Source of the DNA: Lingula anatina
Lineage: Eukaryota > Animalia > Brachiopoda
Reading direction: 5' to 3'
DNA length: 64,000 bases
NCBI GenBank assembly: GCA_051362555.1
Contig: CM120640.1
Location: forward strand, 43,750,788-43,814,787
Of this stretch, positions 13,931 through 27,948 are shown in pieces. The notes below the pieces were generated by a model. It did not search any database. It saw only the letters and a list, made by a program, of their open reading frames with translations, and was not told where the DNA came from. Position numbers and translations under genes: made by a program. Within the stretch, counting starts at the first letter, position 1, and each line of letters opens with the position of its first letter.

Positions 13931-16900
13931 CAGTGCAACCCTACCCTTATCCAAATAGTGTAGCAATATAGTTAACCAATATGGACGAGTGAGTGCGCCG
14001 GTTTCCCCCTGCTGGTGATTCAGATAACGTAAAGAAAAGCATCGTAGACCGAAAGCCGTACCTGCACGCCGCTGCTGCTGCTACCCGGGACATTGGGATA
14101 GTGTAGAAAATGAAGAAACCAATTCAACTACAACAGTGATATGGCTGGGACCCAGGTTTTTCTCCACGCCATCCAAAACTCTGCTCTCACTCACAGGAGC
14201 GGAGCGTGATATATAAAAGCTTCCCTCCACAATCGAAGCCAGCTTTTGCCTTCCTAAAACACCGTATCTAGCAAAAGGAAATAATATTGTAAGCTGGCTG
14301 ACAGATTCAAGAATGTGCACTTTATTTTCTTAAGAAAACACAATGCACACTACACGAATATTCCAAACATATGTTATTTGCATTTTCCAGTGAGCCCCAG
14401 GTTCAGATAGCGAGCTAGTATTTGCTCTAGTATGCTCCCTGCCGATTTTGCTGGCAGATTACATGCGGAAGGTCTCTACATTACCATACAAGACTTGTGT
14501 GGTATTAAAAACGCTGTATTTTGGATCTAGTCTGTCTTAAAATAATATGGTATGTATTTTGGAAGCGCGAAAGCACTGGGAACCTCAACCTAACGATCGT
14601 CTGCAAGGACTTGTTTTTTCCCCTCACATATCTTTCGAAAGGAAGTACATGTGCTCTGCAGCTTGAAGTAATTTCCCAAGCAAAATTTGTAAAATATTTT
14701 GGCTATGGCGCGCAAAAACCTATCATTTGGCACATCTTTCGACACCTTTCCCGCCAAGAGCATCTTGAAAACAGATGGTTGCGATCGAAAACATGACTTC
14801 TTGTACGCAAATCATGTCTAAAAGTTAAAGCAAAGTTCAAACGCAAAACGTTAAAATATACAACGTTGCATTTAAAGATCACAGAAAAAAGCCGGAAAAT
14901 AGCATTGCAATCGATTGCGTTCTCTAAGATCTTTTTGATGTAACATCTAAGCGAAAAAATACCAGAAACAAGCGCAACTTGTCTTTCAAGAGATTTTCGG
15001 TATCCAGAGCCAATCAGTGTCCGAAACCACCGCGTTACCCCACATGTTAGTGCCATTAAAACCTTGCTCACAACAGGGGGAAAACTTTTGATCGACAGTT
15101 CAAAACTGCGTCCTAACAAAGATGAACACTTAATTCAAGGATAGCTTTCCAGATGAAAAATCCTAAATTGTGAAAAAGGTCAACTCTTTCAAACTCCTGC
15201 ACCCTGGGTTGATTTCCCCAGTGGTCGGACTTTATTCGCGAAATCGACCGACTCTTATGAATATTAAAATTTCGCTTTTCTGTCGCTTCACGCAGTCAGT
15301 TTATCACACGCATTTAGCAATAAAATGAGTGTATAATGATCATACCAAGAACTGCTGCTGGGTTACGTAAAGTAAAACCAGAAATCGAACAACAATCGAA
15401 CATTCTTTAGCGATCGAGACAGCAACAAAAATGGATGGAATAATCCATGCAAGAGATTGATTGATTTTGATTGCACAGAAGTACCCCCAGTCCAGAAATG
15501 AAACATTTGTAACACGCTACCCGCGGCGCGGAACAAGCCGAGCCGTCATTACTCTCCCTGTTAATTCTCACCAGAAGTGAGAAAGCGTGGAAATGTGATC
15601 CGACCAAGCATGGCTGCAATAAAGAACTTTTTCTTATGACATGTGTTGCAAATGATGCCAGAGAGCGCGCGGTTATAAACATACAAATCAAACACTCCCA
15701 GTTTTCTGCCACGGCCAACCTGTAAATCATCCAGACTGGCCTATCCATTTCATAAACGCGTCAAAAAAAGAAACCCACCAGATCTGGAGAAACTTTCGTC
15801 TGCATTTTTTCAGCCATAAATGAGCAGACGACCTGGCATTAAAGCCTATTACAAATTACCGCCTGACACTGAAGGTGTGAAAATACAAATGGCCGATTAA
15901 GTGGAGTCGTAAAGCACGACTACAGTGTACCCATCGGCCATTAATTGCCAACCACTGTTTACCTGCCGAACTTCATTAAAATTCAGCTATGTTGCTTGCA
16001 GATTAGTGTTACAAGCGTGACTTCTAATGGAGGCCTTGGGTTTCAGAGGTCGCGGCCTGCTTAAATAGACGACCAAACATAAGGGGTTGATTCTCGCGTA
16101 AATTTATGCAACACACACTGGTGGAGTGTGAAAAACGACTCGACCTTTGTCGCGCTTAATGCTTTCACTTTGAATTTAAGTGTGAAAGAATGGGGCATGG
16201 ATCATGCCAGAAGCCGAGGGCAACCGGCTATATCTATCTTTTAATAGTAATAGAAACAAATCGTCCAGGATCAACGCGACTCAAGTTTAATCAAACCCAA
16301 CTTGGTGGAAAATATCAACCACCTTTCGCTCGCCCTCTGTGTCTGGCTGTTCAAGGCAGAGACCCAAAACAAACAGAGAATAAACTGGTTCGACGCGGCC
16401 TGTAATCCCAACCAGAGTTTTGATAGAGACTGAGGCAAAAATATCATTAACCCAAAAGGCAGAAACCATCCGTGAATCGACTGGAACCTGATCGATCCCA
16501 CATCTCGGCTCTTGCCTATGGAAAGCAGGACCGCTTTCTCTACAGAAGCCCACATGCAGACTCATTGTTCAATCACCAAGCCTCTAGAAAAACAAACTAT
16601 TCTTTTCCTTAAACCGTGGTTTTCGTGTCGAATCTCTCCCCTCACGAATACCAGAAAAGCCATTACCTGTGTTCTGACGTGTGTTTCCTCTTCTCCCTGT
16701 CCTTCTGTCTGTGATTCTGATCCCCTAAGCCCGAGACTGGTAGCTTCATATTTACAAAGTGTTACAAATCGCCCAATATACTAATCCAAGGATAGCTGCT
16801 AATTGAAACTGAAATCTATACCCTGCGGGCTCTTATACACTGAGTCGATCGCTCTGTTGTGAAGCGAGCCTTTGACGGGCGGTGTTTTCGCTATTTGAGG

Positions 16901-19900
16901 CATTGAAAGTCGACAAACAATTGAATGAAAAGCGCGTCACGTAGGACTTTTGTAGATTGGACAAAAACTCGGTTTGAGCGCATTTTGAGATTTCTCAATT
17001 CAATAAACTGAACCTAGAGGTGAACTGGCTCACATTATATGAAATGTATAAGGGGGTTCTTCGTTGTTTCGCCTGCATGCTTCGCTGTGCTAGAAGATCT
17101 CATAAAGCTTTCAAACTGTCATTTTTTCCTCTGACGCCTCGGTATTGTATGGCTGTAATCCCCCAGCAAAGCGGGCTGACAGTGAGACAGACAAAGGTCA
17201 GCCCTATCAAACGTATCGTTCGAGGCTGACAAGCATACCTATTCAAAGCCCACAATTCAAACGACAGTCACGATTTGTACGGAATCGCAACCGAGCATCA
17301 AGCAAAATTGAGCTGTATCTTATCTGCCCACACTTTTTTGTCGCATGGCAAAATCACGAACAAAACATAAACAAGGTGTTGCCATCTGTAGAAGAAAATA
17401 AATACAATTCACCATGTAAACATGTTACACATGATGAAATATTCTGTACTTGTCAATTATTCAGTGCATATTGTGTTTTGGGTGAACAACTGCGTTTTAC
17501 ATCATAAATAGATAATGGGTGAATACGATTTGACATATTGCTTTGATTCTGGAATAATAGACATATTCGCTATCTTTAGAAAGTACCAAATGCTTTGTAT
17601 TGTTATGAGAGAGATAAAAAGTACAGATTCACACGCGACCAAATTGTATTTTTTTTTTACTAATCTGGTAAACGTCTACAGAAATAAGCCAAAGCAGTGC
17701 TCGAATCGAGCGTGAACAATTCTTCTACAACAAGCCCAGATTCAACATGGAAGTCATTAAAATTTGTTGGCACTATACTGAAGTCTAAAATAATGACTAA
17801 ACTGATAACTCTCCATTATCACCCAGAAATCGACCGAAATGTAATAACACGACTCTTCAGACAGCCTTCAAAGCAATCTACTCCACTTAAGTTTATTGGC
17901 TCAAGTATCAAATCGGACTAGTAAAGCACGCTCTTTATGGACTACACAACGAGAGCGCATAATAAGTTAGTTTATAAAAACTAGCTTGTTGGGTTATAAA
18001 AGCCGAACATCGTAAAATTATCGAGGACACACCAAGTGAGTGCGAAACCTATGGGTAGCGCTACTAATACAGCTGTAATTGACGTGCAGCAATTAATGCA
18101 AAGTGACGGAGATAATTGATCCCCTCTCAGAAAGGTGCATGCGAGAACTCACTATTGACAGACTAGAAGCTTTCAATATTCAGCAAAGTTGGCTGTGTTT
18201 TCGCATCTTGCGCTAACAGGGGCGTTGAAGGGGGACTTCGGTCTATAGACCTCTATTCATACTTCACACCGTTCGATAAACACCAGAGGCGACAATGAAA
18301 ACGTCATCAGAACAAACAGAAAGGAAAGCAATGGAAGAAAAGCGTCCAATATCAACGATTTCCACCTTTTCACCACATGCAATAACAGCAGAACAAAGCA
18401 GCTAGTGAGGGGAACGGAGTGCAGGCACACAGAAACGAGCCCACACTCCATACAATAGCAATGTGCTTTTAAACACATCAATATGGGACGACAAAAGAAG
18501 CACTTTCCATTGGTTTTTTTCCTGCTGCAACCGCAAAGCTAGTTAATTCGAAGAATAACAGCATTCGGGTCTTCAGGTGTAGAACATCATGTCGTAACCA
18601 CACCCCCTTTTTTATTTTCAGGACAGGTGTGAACTCTGACATACATTGATCAACGCACTTTTGTACAAATGGCTCCATTTTTGTACATCTTTCAAAAAAA
18701 TCAGGATCATCTCTTCCTTTTCATATCAGTAAATTCTTCAAAATTTAACCGTAATAATCTAACGCTGAATTCATTCATGGAAATGGTACTAATACACCAA
18801 CGCCCCAGGAAAATGCCACTAAAATTTTTTTTTTTTTAAATTTTTACTGCTTGTTTCATTTTGACCGATTTAATCAAATGAAGGCGGACTCCCTTTGCTC
18901 AAATCAAATCATATATGTAACCTTTATGTTCAGGCACCGTTCAAAAAATCCGACGAAATCCGACCCCCTTCCTCCGTCACAATCCTCTGCTTTGGTAACA
19001 CGCGGCTAAGCCGTCCTTGACCATTGGAAATCTATAGATATGTGTAAGGGCATTGGTTCAGCGCTACTTCTTCGCGCCTTATCACAAAGGGTCTGTTTAA
19101 TAATGTTATAAATTATGCAAAGAACTTCACGTTGACCAGATAAGGTGTGTGCCCACATGAAAGAGGGGAGTCTCTGAACCGGCAAGCCATCACGTGCCAG
19201 TCGATGGTAATAAGAAAACAAAGTTGGCAAAATAAAGCGAATGTGATGTCAAGCATATGTGCGAAAATAATTCACATTAATTGGACGTTTTCGATTGATA
19301 TAGTGTCTGAATGAGTCATTTGTCGGCTAACAGGAGGTCTCTTTTCCCCACCAACTTCTAATTCTATTTTTCAGACCGAGGCGTCTTAAAAATGCATATA
19401 TATCTGCAACAATTTCATTGTACATTCAGTCCGACTCCTTTCCGCAGTAAAACCCACCGCAGAATGCGTGCTCCGGCCATTTCGAGTCCCATGATCGGTA
19501 CTTACAGGTGACTTATGTTCGCTGCTTGCAAAAATGGTTCCATCTACATCTGCATATTGGCAGTATCCTTACTTAATGGGCAAAAACAATATGATGGCGC
19601 TGATCAACAACAATTAATACCGCATTTCCTCCTTAATTTAGCACTATCATCTGTGTTTTAATAGGCAATGAAATTTCATGTATATTCTAGCGCTACCATG
19701 GTTACTGAAAAGTGGAGCAGAAAATTCCCTAAGCTGTTGTGAATTCGAATCTTATCCTATATCGCGTGCTCTTTTCATTTCCTATTAAAGCAATACTTTT
19801 TTCAGCATCCCCTATTCAATTGACTGTTATGATCTTTTTATTGCTAATTGATTGAAGTCGAAGAAAAGGAAATTCGTGCCATTTATCTCAATCAAGAGTG

Positions 19901-19953
19901 AGTAGAAAATTCAATTTGAGCTGAGAGCTGAATCGACTTTCGTGACTTACTGC

Positions 19954-19988
19954 GTTGTCATGGTAACTATTGCTGTCGTTATGGCAAC
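19954..19988. promoter_or_regulatory. Tandem RFX X-box-like palindromes
   Basis: GTTGTCATGGTAAC (19954-19967) and GTCGTTATGGCAAC (19975-19988) resemble the X-box GTTGCCATGGCAAC. A third weaker site, GCTACCATGGTTAC, lies at 19692-19705. Confidence 0.4.
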
Positions 19989-22900
19989 TAACTTCTAAAT
20001 CACAAACTTCTAATGAAAATAACTGCTTAATTGTGTCAATAACTTAACATTAAAATGTAAAATAGTTGCAACAAATATTGCGTTTAACAAAAACACATTC
20101 GACGAGAAACACGAATATTCAATTTCACACTCCCATTTTTTTCTTTCAAGGGCATTTAAAGCAAGTTTTCAAATTGCAACCTTGGTCTTAAAAAGAGGAC
20201 AAAAAGGAAAGAAAACCTTGCCTCTTTAACACAGTTCTTATGATATAAAACATCGACTACTCAGAAATGATTTTCTCTGGGTTGGTGTGCATTAGGGAAC
20301 ACTTGCAACGCGCTCGTGTAAACAAGAAACCGTCCGCTTGGAGAGAAAGTTCAAATGGTTTTACCGCCGTCACTAAGCCTAAAACAGACGTCTTTGCCAC
20401 CTGAGAAAACTATGATGCCTGAGAAAATGGCAGAATAAGGAGCAGAATTACCTGTTCTCCAGCATGCTTGGGACACTTGTGAAAACAGACAGCTAGAGAG
20501 CTAAGCTGGGTTAGTACCAAGGCCCGGTGGTCGAGGGCGCTGGAGGTTACGCTTGGTCGAAGATCGTCAAACACCTCCAAGTTATTCGCGTGCATATACC
20601 AAATGCATCCCTTGCTTTGCTTTCGCACGTTGTACAATAACTGGCACTACAGAGTAATAGTTTTCTACTTAGTCACAGCATTTCTATTCTCCAGAAAGAA
20701 AAAGAATCCAATCGATCTTCTAACGATTTCCATTTGCTTTGATGGATGGTCAAAAAATCTGCTCGTACACATCAAACAGAACCTCATCCTTTCTTTTCCT
20801 TCTGTTCGGCGGACTGGGGCTGCCAACGCTGGAGGACGATTACTGTGCTCTCCGGAGAGCGCGCAGAGACACATATACCAACTGTCAACGCTATTTTGTC
20901 AATCTTAATGAAATGACAATTTAAGTTTGATTTGTGCCTGCTTCCGCTACGACACGTGTGCATATGGTATTTTTTCGCAGAGTGCCATTAAGTCTTCATA
21001 AGCCTTTCGCTTTATTTGCTTTTGTGTGCTATTATCACTATCAGGTACATGAAATACCACACTGTATAAATGAAGACGTGAAATATGCTCACCATTTGTC
21101 CAAAAAAGAATTAAACAACTGCTTCGCACGCATTAATGCCCCAGTCTTCTGACATCAATAATTTTTACTGCGTAAAACGAACGAAAAAAGAATAACGAAT
21201 GAATTATGGAACCAATTTGTACATCAAACATATAGCTAATATGATATTTCGCTTATAAGCATTTGCATATGCTGATGAAAACTAAATAGCAGCTGGGGGT
21301 TGCCCCTTATCGGGACCCCCACTTTGGGGCTGTTTGTACTACTTATTACTACACCTATTTAATCAATACCAAAGGTGCAAGAAGTGGTAATTAACGACAG
21401 CGTATCAACAAACAATCCAAAAAGTCAGTAACAGGTAAAAATTGTTATCGAACCTAATTGTTGTAGTTGATTGACTTGGAATTTAACCTTGCATAACTTC
21501 CTCCCCCCCTCCCCTCCAAATCGAAAATTATTTCAGCAGCGGAACGGTCCTTCAAGTTGCACCCGAGATAACTCATTGAAATTCAGTATCGCTGTTGAAA
21601 TTTTGGTTTAAATGATACACCTGTCGTTGAACCTGACAGAGACTAAGTTGATGCCTGAATGTTGCCCCACGATATATAATTACTGTATATTACGATCAGC
21701 GAGTATTGTGCATTTGGGATGACAAAAGATCAAACGCTGCGCCATGTACATTAAACGATATTAGAGATCAGCCAACTCTCGACAACGCCTCTCTGTTATT
21801 TGCACCCCACTGGGACGCTTAATCAACGGTTTTGAACACGGGATACTACGTCGAGGCATCTTTTTCAGCGAAAAATTCTTAGCGTACTATTGAACAATTT
21901 GCTGCTCTAAAATACGAAGATACGATAACAGAAGTCGGTGGCATGGTTTGTACTTGTCTTCTTTTTCCAAAACTCTCTGCCATTTGACTTCTTCGCCATG
22001 TATCCACTTAACACACCCACAATAGATAGCGTTCCGTAGTTAGGATAGAGATGTCCAATTATTAGGGAACTGCTATATATGCAGATCATATGACAAGCAA
22101 TATCCAGTATAATGTCACATTTCTTCAAACGATATCTTTATTTTGGTTAATTTATAGACATACTGTAGTACGCTTGTATTATTTCAACAATAAAGAAAAT
22201 TCAGCCCTTAAAGACGTGTCAAGTCAGAGAAAAATACAAATCGTTGAACATATCGTGCCGTAAACTTTAAAGGAGAGTTAACACTTTTTGCCATTAAAAT
22301 AAGTAAGAACGCAAATTGCAGCCGACATCAACAGTGAATAGACCAAGCAATTATCTAACCTTAAGGAGATACCTTAATAAAAGAATCTTGCCAGGTTGTC
22401 AGTACCATTATATTGGTATGTCAAAACGATTCACCCAAAACGGTTCAACATGCGAAACCTTTTCAAGACGTAGTAAATTACACCGTGTAGGATTTCTATA
22501 AAATCTCACTGTGGAACAATCAACAAACACCTGCAACATACTAAATCAAGCCAGTAATGTCAAACACGCGAATAATTCCTGAACAGTTGAGGTATCAGCT
22601 TTTCATGCAAACCACCACTTGTTCTTTTGAGTTGCATTGTGTTTTCAATCTTGCATGTAATCAAACGGTCCCGCCCGATGAAACATAATAACCAGCAGAT
22701 GGAGCTACAGCAAACGGAAAATCAATACAATCCCATCCTCAATTTTGGTTGATTTTTTTCATCTGTGGAAATCTTGCACATTTGTGCTTCTAATTTATCT
22801 TTGTGACAAATGACGTGTGCATGAAGATTCCGACAATTTTCTCCATAAGACAAAGGCTTTGACTTACAAAAGAAAAAAGGAGAAACAGAAGGTATTCAAA

Positions 22901-23232
22901 AATTAAAGAAAAAAAAAACATAAAACATTTAAACCACACTGGAGTAAAGATGATAATTATAAAGCACAAGCTGAAAAATTTCTTCCTACCATCATACGTC
23001 ATCATACGTTATTTTTCAGCCTTTGCTAAATAATTATCATCTATGATCCAACAACCAAGCTAATGAACACTTTAGCTCACATTGGAGTATTTCTCCCACT
23101 CTTTCTTACACAATTTTCAATTGAACAAAAAATCTCAAAAAGGAAGTGTGAAAACTGACAGCAGAACATTTTTTTGTAAATGCCTCCTCCTGCTGGTCAA
23201 CATACTGAGTTGAAGAGATTACTGGACACTTA

Positions 23233-23513
23233 GGCCCCATTCAGAATGAAAGTTCCAAGTACTAACTGGTCCAAGGCTCAAATATGGCAGACCCTACATG
23301 AAAGGAAGACCACTTAATTCTGTTATGGTCTCTCCGCCTCTGGTCGAATGGAGTCAAGATTTAGTGACTGTGCCCCTGCAGGGATGAAAAGGGGGAGGCG
23401 TGTGAGAAGCGGAGAGACCATTGCAGGATTAAGCGGTCTTCCTTTCATGTAAGGTCTGCCATATTTGAGCCTTGGACCTGTTAGTATTCGAATCTTTCAT
23501 TCTGAATGGGGCC
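23233..23513. mobile_element. Palindromic MITE (PIF/Harbinger-like), copy A
   Basis: Terminal inverted repeat GGCCCCATTCAGAATGAAAG...CTTTCATTCTGAATGGGGCC, long imperfect arms and a 3-bp TTA duplication on both sides. Homologous to copies at 57.9, 61.2 and 61.9 kb. Confidence 0.9.
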
Positions 23514-23516
23514 TTA

Positions 23517-23731
23517 CACCCCATTTCCATAGATTAGATCGATCTACTTTAGATCGACCTAACTCCCTGGGGGTTCACGCTAAATAGCTTTCAGCCGAGT
23601 GGACACGAAAGTTAATTATCCCCCTACAGCTTGTAGTAGGCGGGACGGACATTTAAGTCGGATTGTCTGAAAGTAATCTAGTGAGACTCCCCGCGGGGAT
23701 AGATTGATCTAAAATCTATGGGAATAGAGCC
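23517..23731. mobile_element. Second MITE type (B), palindromic
   Basis: The left end CACCCCATTTCCATAGATTAGATCGATCTA matches the reverse complement of the right end (GGCTCTATTCCCATAGATTTTAGATCAATCTA). Flanked by TTA on both sides. Confidence 0.75.
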
Positions 23732-23734
23732 TTA

Positions 23735-24009
23735 GAGGGCATTCAGAACAAGTTGATCCACAGACTAAATATGGCTAACTCACATCAAAGCAGCCCTGGC
23801 TAATTCCATGATGGCCTTCCCACCTCCACATGTGCTTTCACTGCAGGGGCCTTGCAATTAAAAGTTGGAGCTGAGATTTAATCCGTTTAATGGTGTATGT
23901 GAAGGTGGGGAGACCATCAGAGGATTAAACACCACTGCTTTCAAGTTTGGTCAGCCATATTTAGTTGGCAGTTCACTTAGTCTACAGATCATCTGTTCTG
24001 AATGTGCTC
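23735..24009. mobile_element. Third MITE (C), diverged relative of family A
   Basis: TIR GAGGGCATTCAGAACA...TGTTCTGAATGTGCTC, internal AAATATGGC/GCCATATTT arms, core GAGCTGAGATTTAAT and TTA flanks. Confidence 0.75.
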
Positions 24010-24034
24010 TTAACTCAAGTCATGACATTCATTG

Positions 24035-24134
24035 AGAGACCATTGAAGGATTACGCAGTCTTCCTTTCATGTAGGTCTGCCATATTTAGGTCTCAGCCTT
24101 GCTAGACCGCGGCTCTTCTCGATGTGAATGCTCT
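24035..24134. mobile_element. Right-arm fragment of a family-A MITE (D)
   Basis: GAGACCATTGAAGGATTACGCAGTCTTCCTTTCATGTAGGTCTGCCATATTTAG...GATGTGAATGCTCTC matches the right arms of the copies at 23.4, 58.1 and 61.4 kb. Confidence 0.75.
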
Positions 24135-27100
24135 CAAAATGTGGAGATGAGTGTCAAGTAACCTCTGAAACTCAGGGTACCAGACGTTGTAAGGGAAACA
24201 ATGAAGCAATGACTGTGGTGTGTCTTCCCACTTCACCCACTGAGTCTGATCTCTATGTTGTCACATTACAACTGTGAGTACACTATATGGGCTGTCACAC
24301 CAAGTCTTATGACAACCCAAACCTGTCACCAGCAATTTGGACAAGAAACATGGCATTTTTTCTTCTTTTAAAATTCAATCAACATGATGGAATGGTCTCA
24401 GGAATGTCAGCTGCAACACTCATGAAGTCTAGCACACTCGTTATTCAAACTAGATTTTTTTAAAATTTCGTAACCTACATTATTGTTTTAAAAAATGTTT
24501 CATTCATGGTACGTAATAGTTAACCCTGTTTTCTATCATTTATGTACCAACATGTGTCATATTCTTCAATTACATATTAAATAAATAAATAAATCACATC
24601 TGCAATCATTCTGAACATTATTGCTCCAGCAGGACATGTTTCATATTCCCACTGTTTTTTATTCTTAAGCATTCTTGTCTTCATCTATCTCACATTGAAG
24701 TCACTAATTTTTTCCAGTGTCTGCAACATGTCAGTCCTGAACACATATGGTAACAGTTGTTTATAAGGTATTCAAGGATGTGATGGCATGGCTATACATC
24801 TTGGATCATTTTTTAAGATGACATCATGTCTTCCTGACATTGCATTCATATGAACCATCTGTAGAAAAAATTGCCAAGATCTTACAGTGTAAAGGATTGA
24901 AAATTTCCATGTGACTCTTAACACAGAAAAAAAAAATCTATTTGTAAATGTTTTTGCTCCACCTTCAGCATAAAACAGAAATGCTTTTTTCCTGTTTGAA
25001 GTCACATAAATTTCCTTTAAGCCCAATTTCAAAAAAGAAGAGAATGCAGATTAAAACCAGTTAATATATATCACCAAACACTGAAATAATTTTGGGGATA
25101 ACTACTTTGTTTTCATTACCTAAATCATGTAATTATTAGATTTGTGTCCCACACATAAATACAAAGGGCTAAAAAACAGAAGTCATTTCAATCTGGTTTT
25201 AGTTGTTAATTTCAGTTTTAGGTGAGGTTGGCATATTCATCATCCCTAGAAGCTAATTTAGAAAAGAAAAAATTGACAGGCATGGATGACAAAGAAGATG
25301 AGAAATGCAGGTTATTCATCAACAGACTGCTGAAAATCAATAGTTGCACTAAAGGTGAAACAAATGTTGGAAAATAAACAAATATGGCTTCAAAAATACT
25401 CATTGGTATTCATCATCATCATATCAAATATAACACCACAATACCTATGCTCTGTTGATTGATGTAACATTCATAACTTTATTGATTTTTGGGAAAATTT
25501 ACCAGGGAAACTGACGTACAGATTAAAAAAAAAACAACTCTCCAACACGAACATATGTCAAAATAACTCAAAATATCTCACAAAACCCACATGCCTTCTT
25601 ACCTCTCAAATGCCCTTTCTACTGCACGTGTGCAGATGTGAGTGGGCATCAACTATATTTAGAGGGACCCTAGGACCAAGAGTAGCACGCTGAGTTACAG
25701 ATGATTCCTATCCACCTCGTATGTTAAATTATTCCTATTCACAACTGAATCTGTTTTCCTCCTCTGTTTTAGCCAGCTGCACTGTGTAGTTATTTAGTTG
25801 GTTGGTGTATCCCAAGGCTCAATGTCCACAGGCCTATGCAGTTCTTTGCACAGGTGGCCTGACACAGGTGTGTGCTCTTGGGGTTATCTTAACGTTTTCA
25901 GCATGCAAATTGATGGATCACTCAGCAAATAGTGGTGCAGATGTGAAATAAAAAGGCAGCCTGTGAAGGGGGAATGTTTGGATGCCACCACTACTGAGGC
26001 CATGTCTCAATATCTTCATTATTTCAAATGAAGTGACTGAGTATTTTCTCTTTGATTTGCAATGATGTACTGAATTTATATCTATTTGCATGCAAAAGGT
26101 GCTTATGGTACAGGTATTTCGTCAATGACTGATAAAAATCTAAAGGGGAAATTTTCTCGATTGCTATTGCTCGCCAACATGCAGATAGCGCAAAGGTTTT
26201 CTCCAATTCAAACAAAGAAATCAAAAATTGTATTCTTGCTAATAAGGGTGACTATTAATTAGGTGATGAAGTACCTGTTGCACAAAACATGGCAACATTT
26301 TCCAAAATGTCACTCCAGGCTGACAGGGAGAAAAAAGCGGAGGGACAAAATACGCACAACACTTCTGCTATGTAAAACAGATGTTACCCATAATTCAATG
26401 CATGTAATTCAGTTTGTCATGCGAACTTCTCATTGCTGCCACGAACCAGTGCAATTTTCTGTGATTGGGAGAGGTACTTAATAACCAGGTTGCAGGTGAG
26501 CACAAGATAGATATGGCCGACACTGGTCAGTGATCACCATTGTCCAAAAAATGTCCAGTCCACACCTGGGGTTATGTATTGGGGCTTGTGCCAGCACTTC
26601 AAAATACCACCAATGTCTAAATAATTTACCTTGTTTTTTTTAAAAAAATCCATATTTACCATATCTTTGGTAAGAAGTTTTATCTTACGTGAGAGTGGTC
26701 CTAGTCCAACAAAGATATCATTACAATTTAATTAAATCATCATTTAAAATGATCAATATTCTTTTGCTAGATTTACTAGTAATTATGATATTCTGATGTT
26801 GTTGAGTTTCCCTGTATTCAAATGATGTCATATTATTTTAAGAAGAATGGTAATATTGAGGAATAACAGTCAGCAGTCCAATAGGTATAATTTTGCTTTA
26901 TTCATTTGTTTTTTTTTTTTAATATCCCATGGTTTATCTGACGAGGGTCAATTCATTGAACGGCTAAGGAAAATATAACAATGACAACAACAAAATTTTA
27001 TCCTTATCTCATAGGGTACTACATAGGAGGAAATTAATCTACACTGATTATTTTAGAAACAATTTAACTGCTTCAAATATCTGTTGACTGGTCCTAGTCC

Positions 27101-27900
27101 TCTAGTTGTCACAAGTGTATTCTATCACCCTAAGATCATTACAGGGACATATATGCACAGATGTGGTAGACCTGGAATCTCTGTAACAGCTCCCAGTTTA
27201 CTTGTATTAAAATATCATTTTTTTAGCAAATGTCACTTTAAAAAATACCACTTATTCATTTAATTCAGCATGATGGTTCTGGTTTCAGAAGGCACTGAGC
27301 TCTTTTTTTTTTTTTTTTTTTTTAATTGACATTTTCGCAAGGGCCATGACCACTTAATCTGTGTGATGATTTGTACAATCATTTCAGGTAATCAGGAACG
27401 TGGTGGCCATTTGATCTGCCTAAGGAACAGCATTTTTCTGACTGTAAAATTGTGACTAAGAGCTCTGTACTGGAGGGTATGATATGTGCAGAATTCTCAT
27501 TTGTTCAGGCGATACCAAGCAGTGTTTACTGATAACACTATATCATCATGATAAGGAGGCTGGCGAATCTAACCCCCACCCTGTAGGACTAGTTCACTTG
27601 ATTCTTTACCAGCTGATACCAGTGTCATGTATCTGTGTCAATGCTCGCCAGCTCTCAACTAGCCCTGTGTGCTATCCTTTATCAATGATGTTTATTTTTC
27701 TCACCATGAAGTTGGTTATTTATATCTAAAAACTGTTAATAATTCACTGAAACACAATTACAAAAAAAGGGGGGGGGGGCTAATATTATTGCCTAGGTAC
27801 AGATAAAAAGAAAGCTGACCTTCAAAATTACGATCACATAAGTATGGTTTAAATCAAAACTGCTAAAACATTTAACATGCTACTATAAAATTGAGCAAAC

Positions 27901-27903
<3 letters not shown>

Positions 27904-27945
<42 letters not shown>
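27904..27945 (+). repeat. Poly(A) tract
   Basis: About 42 consecutive A. Confidence 0.9.
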
Positions 27946-27948
<3 letters not shown>

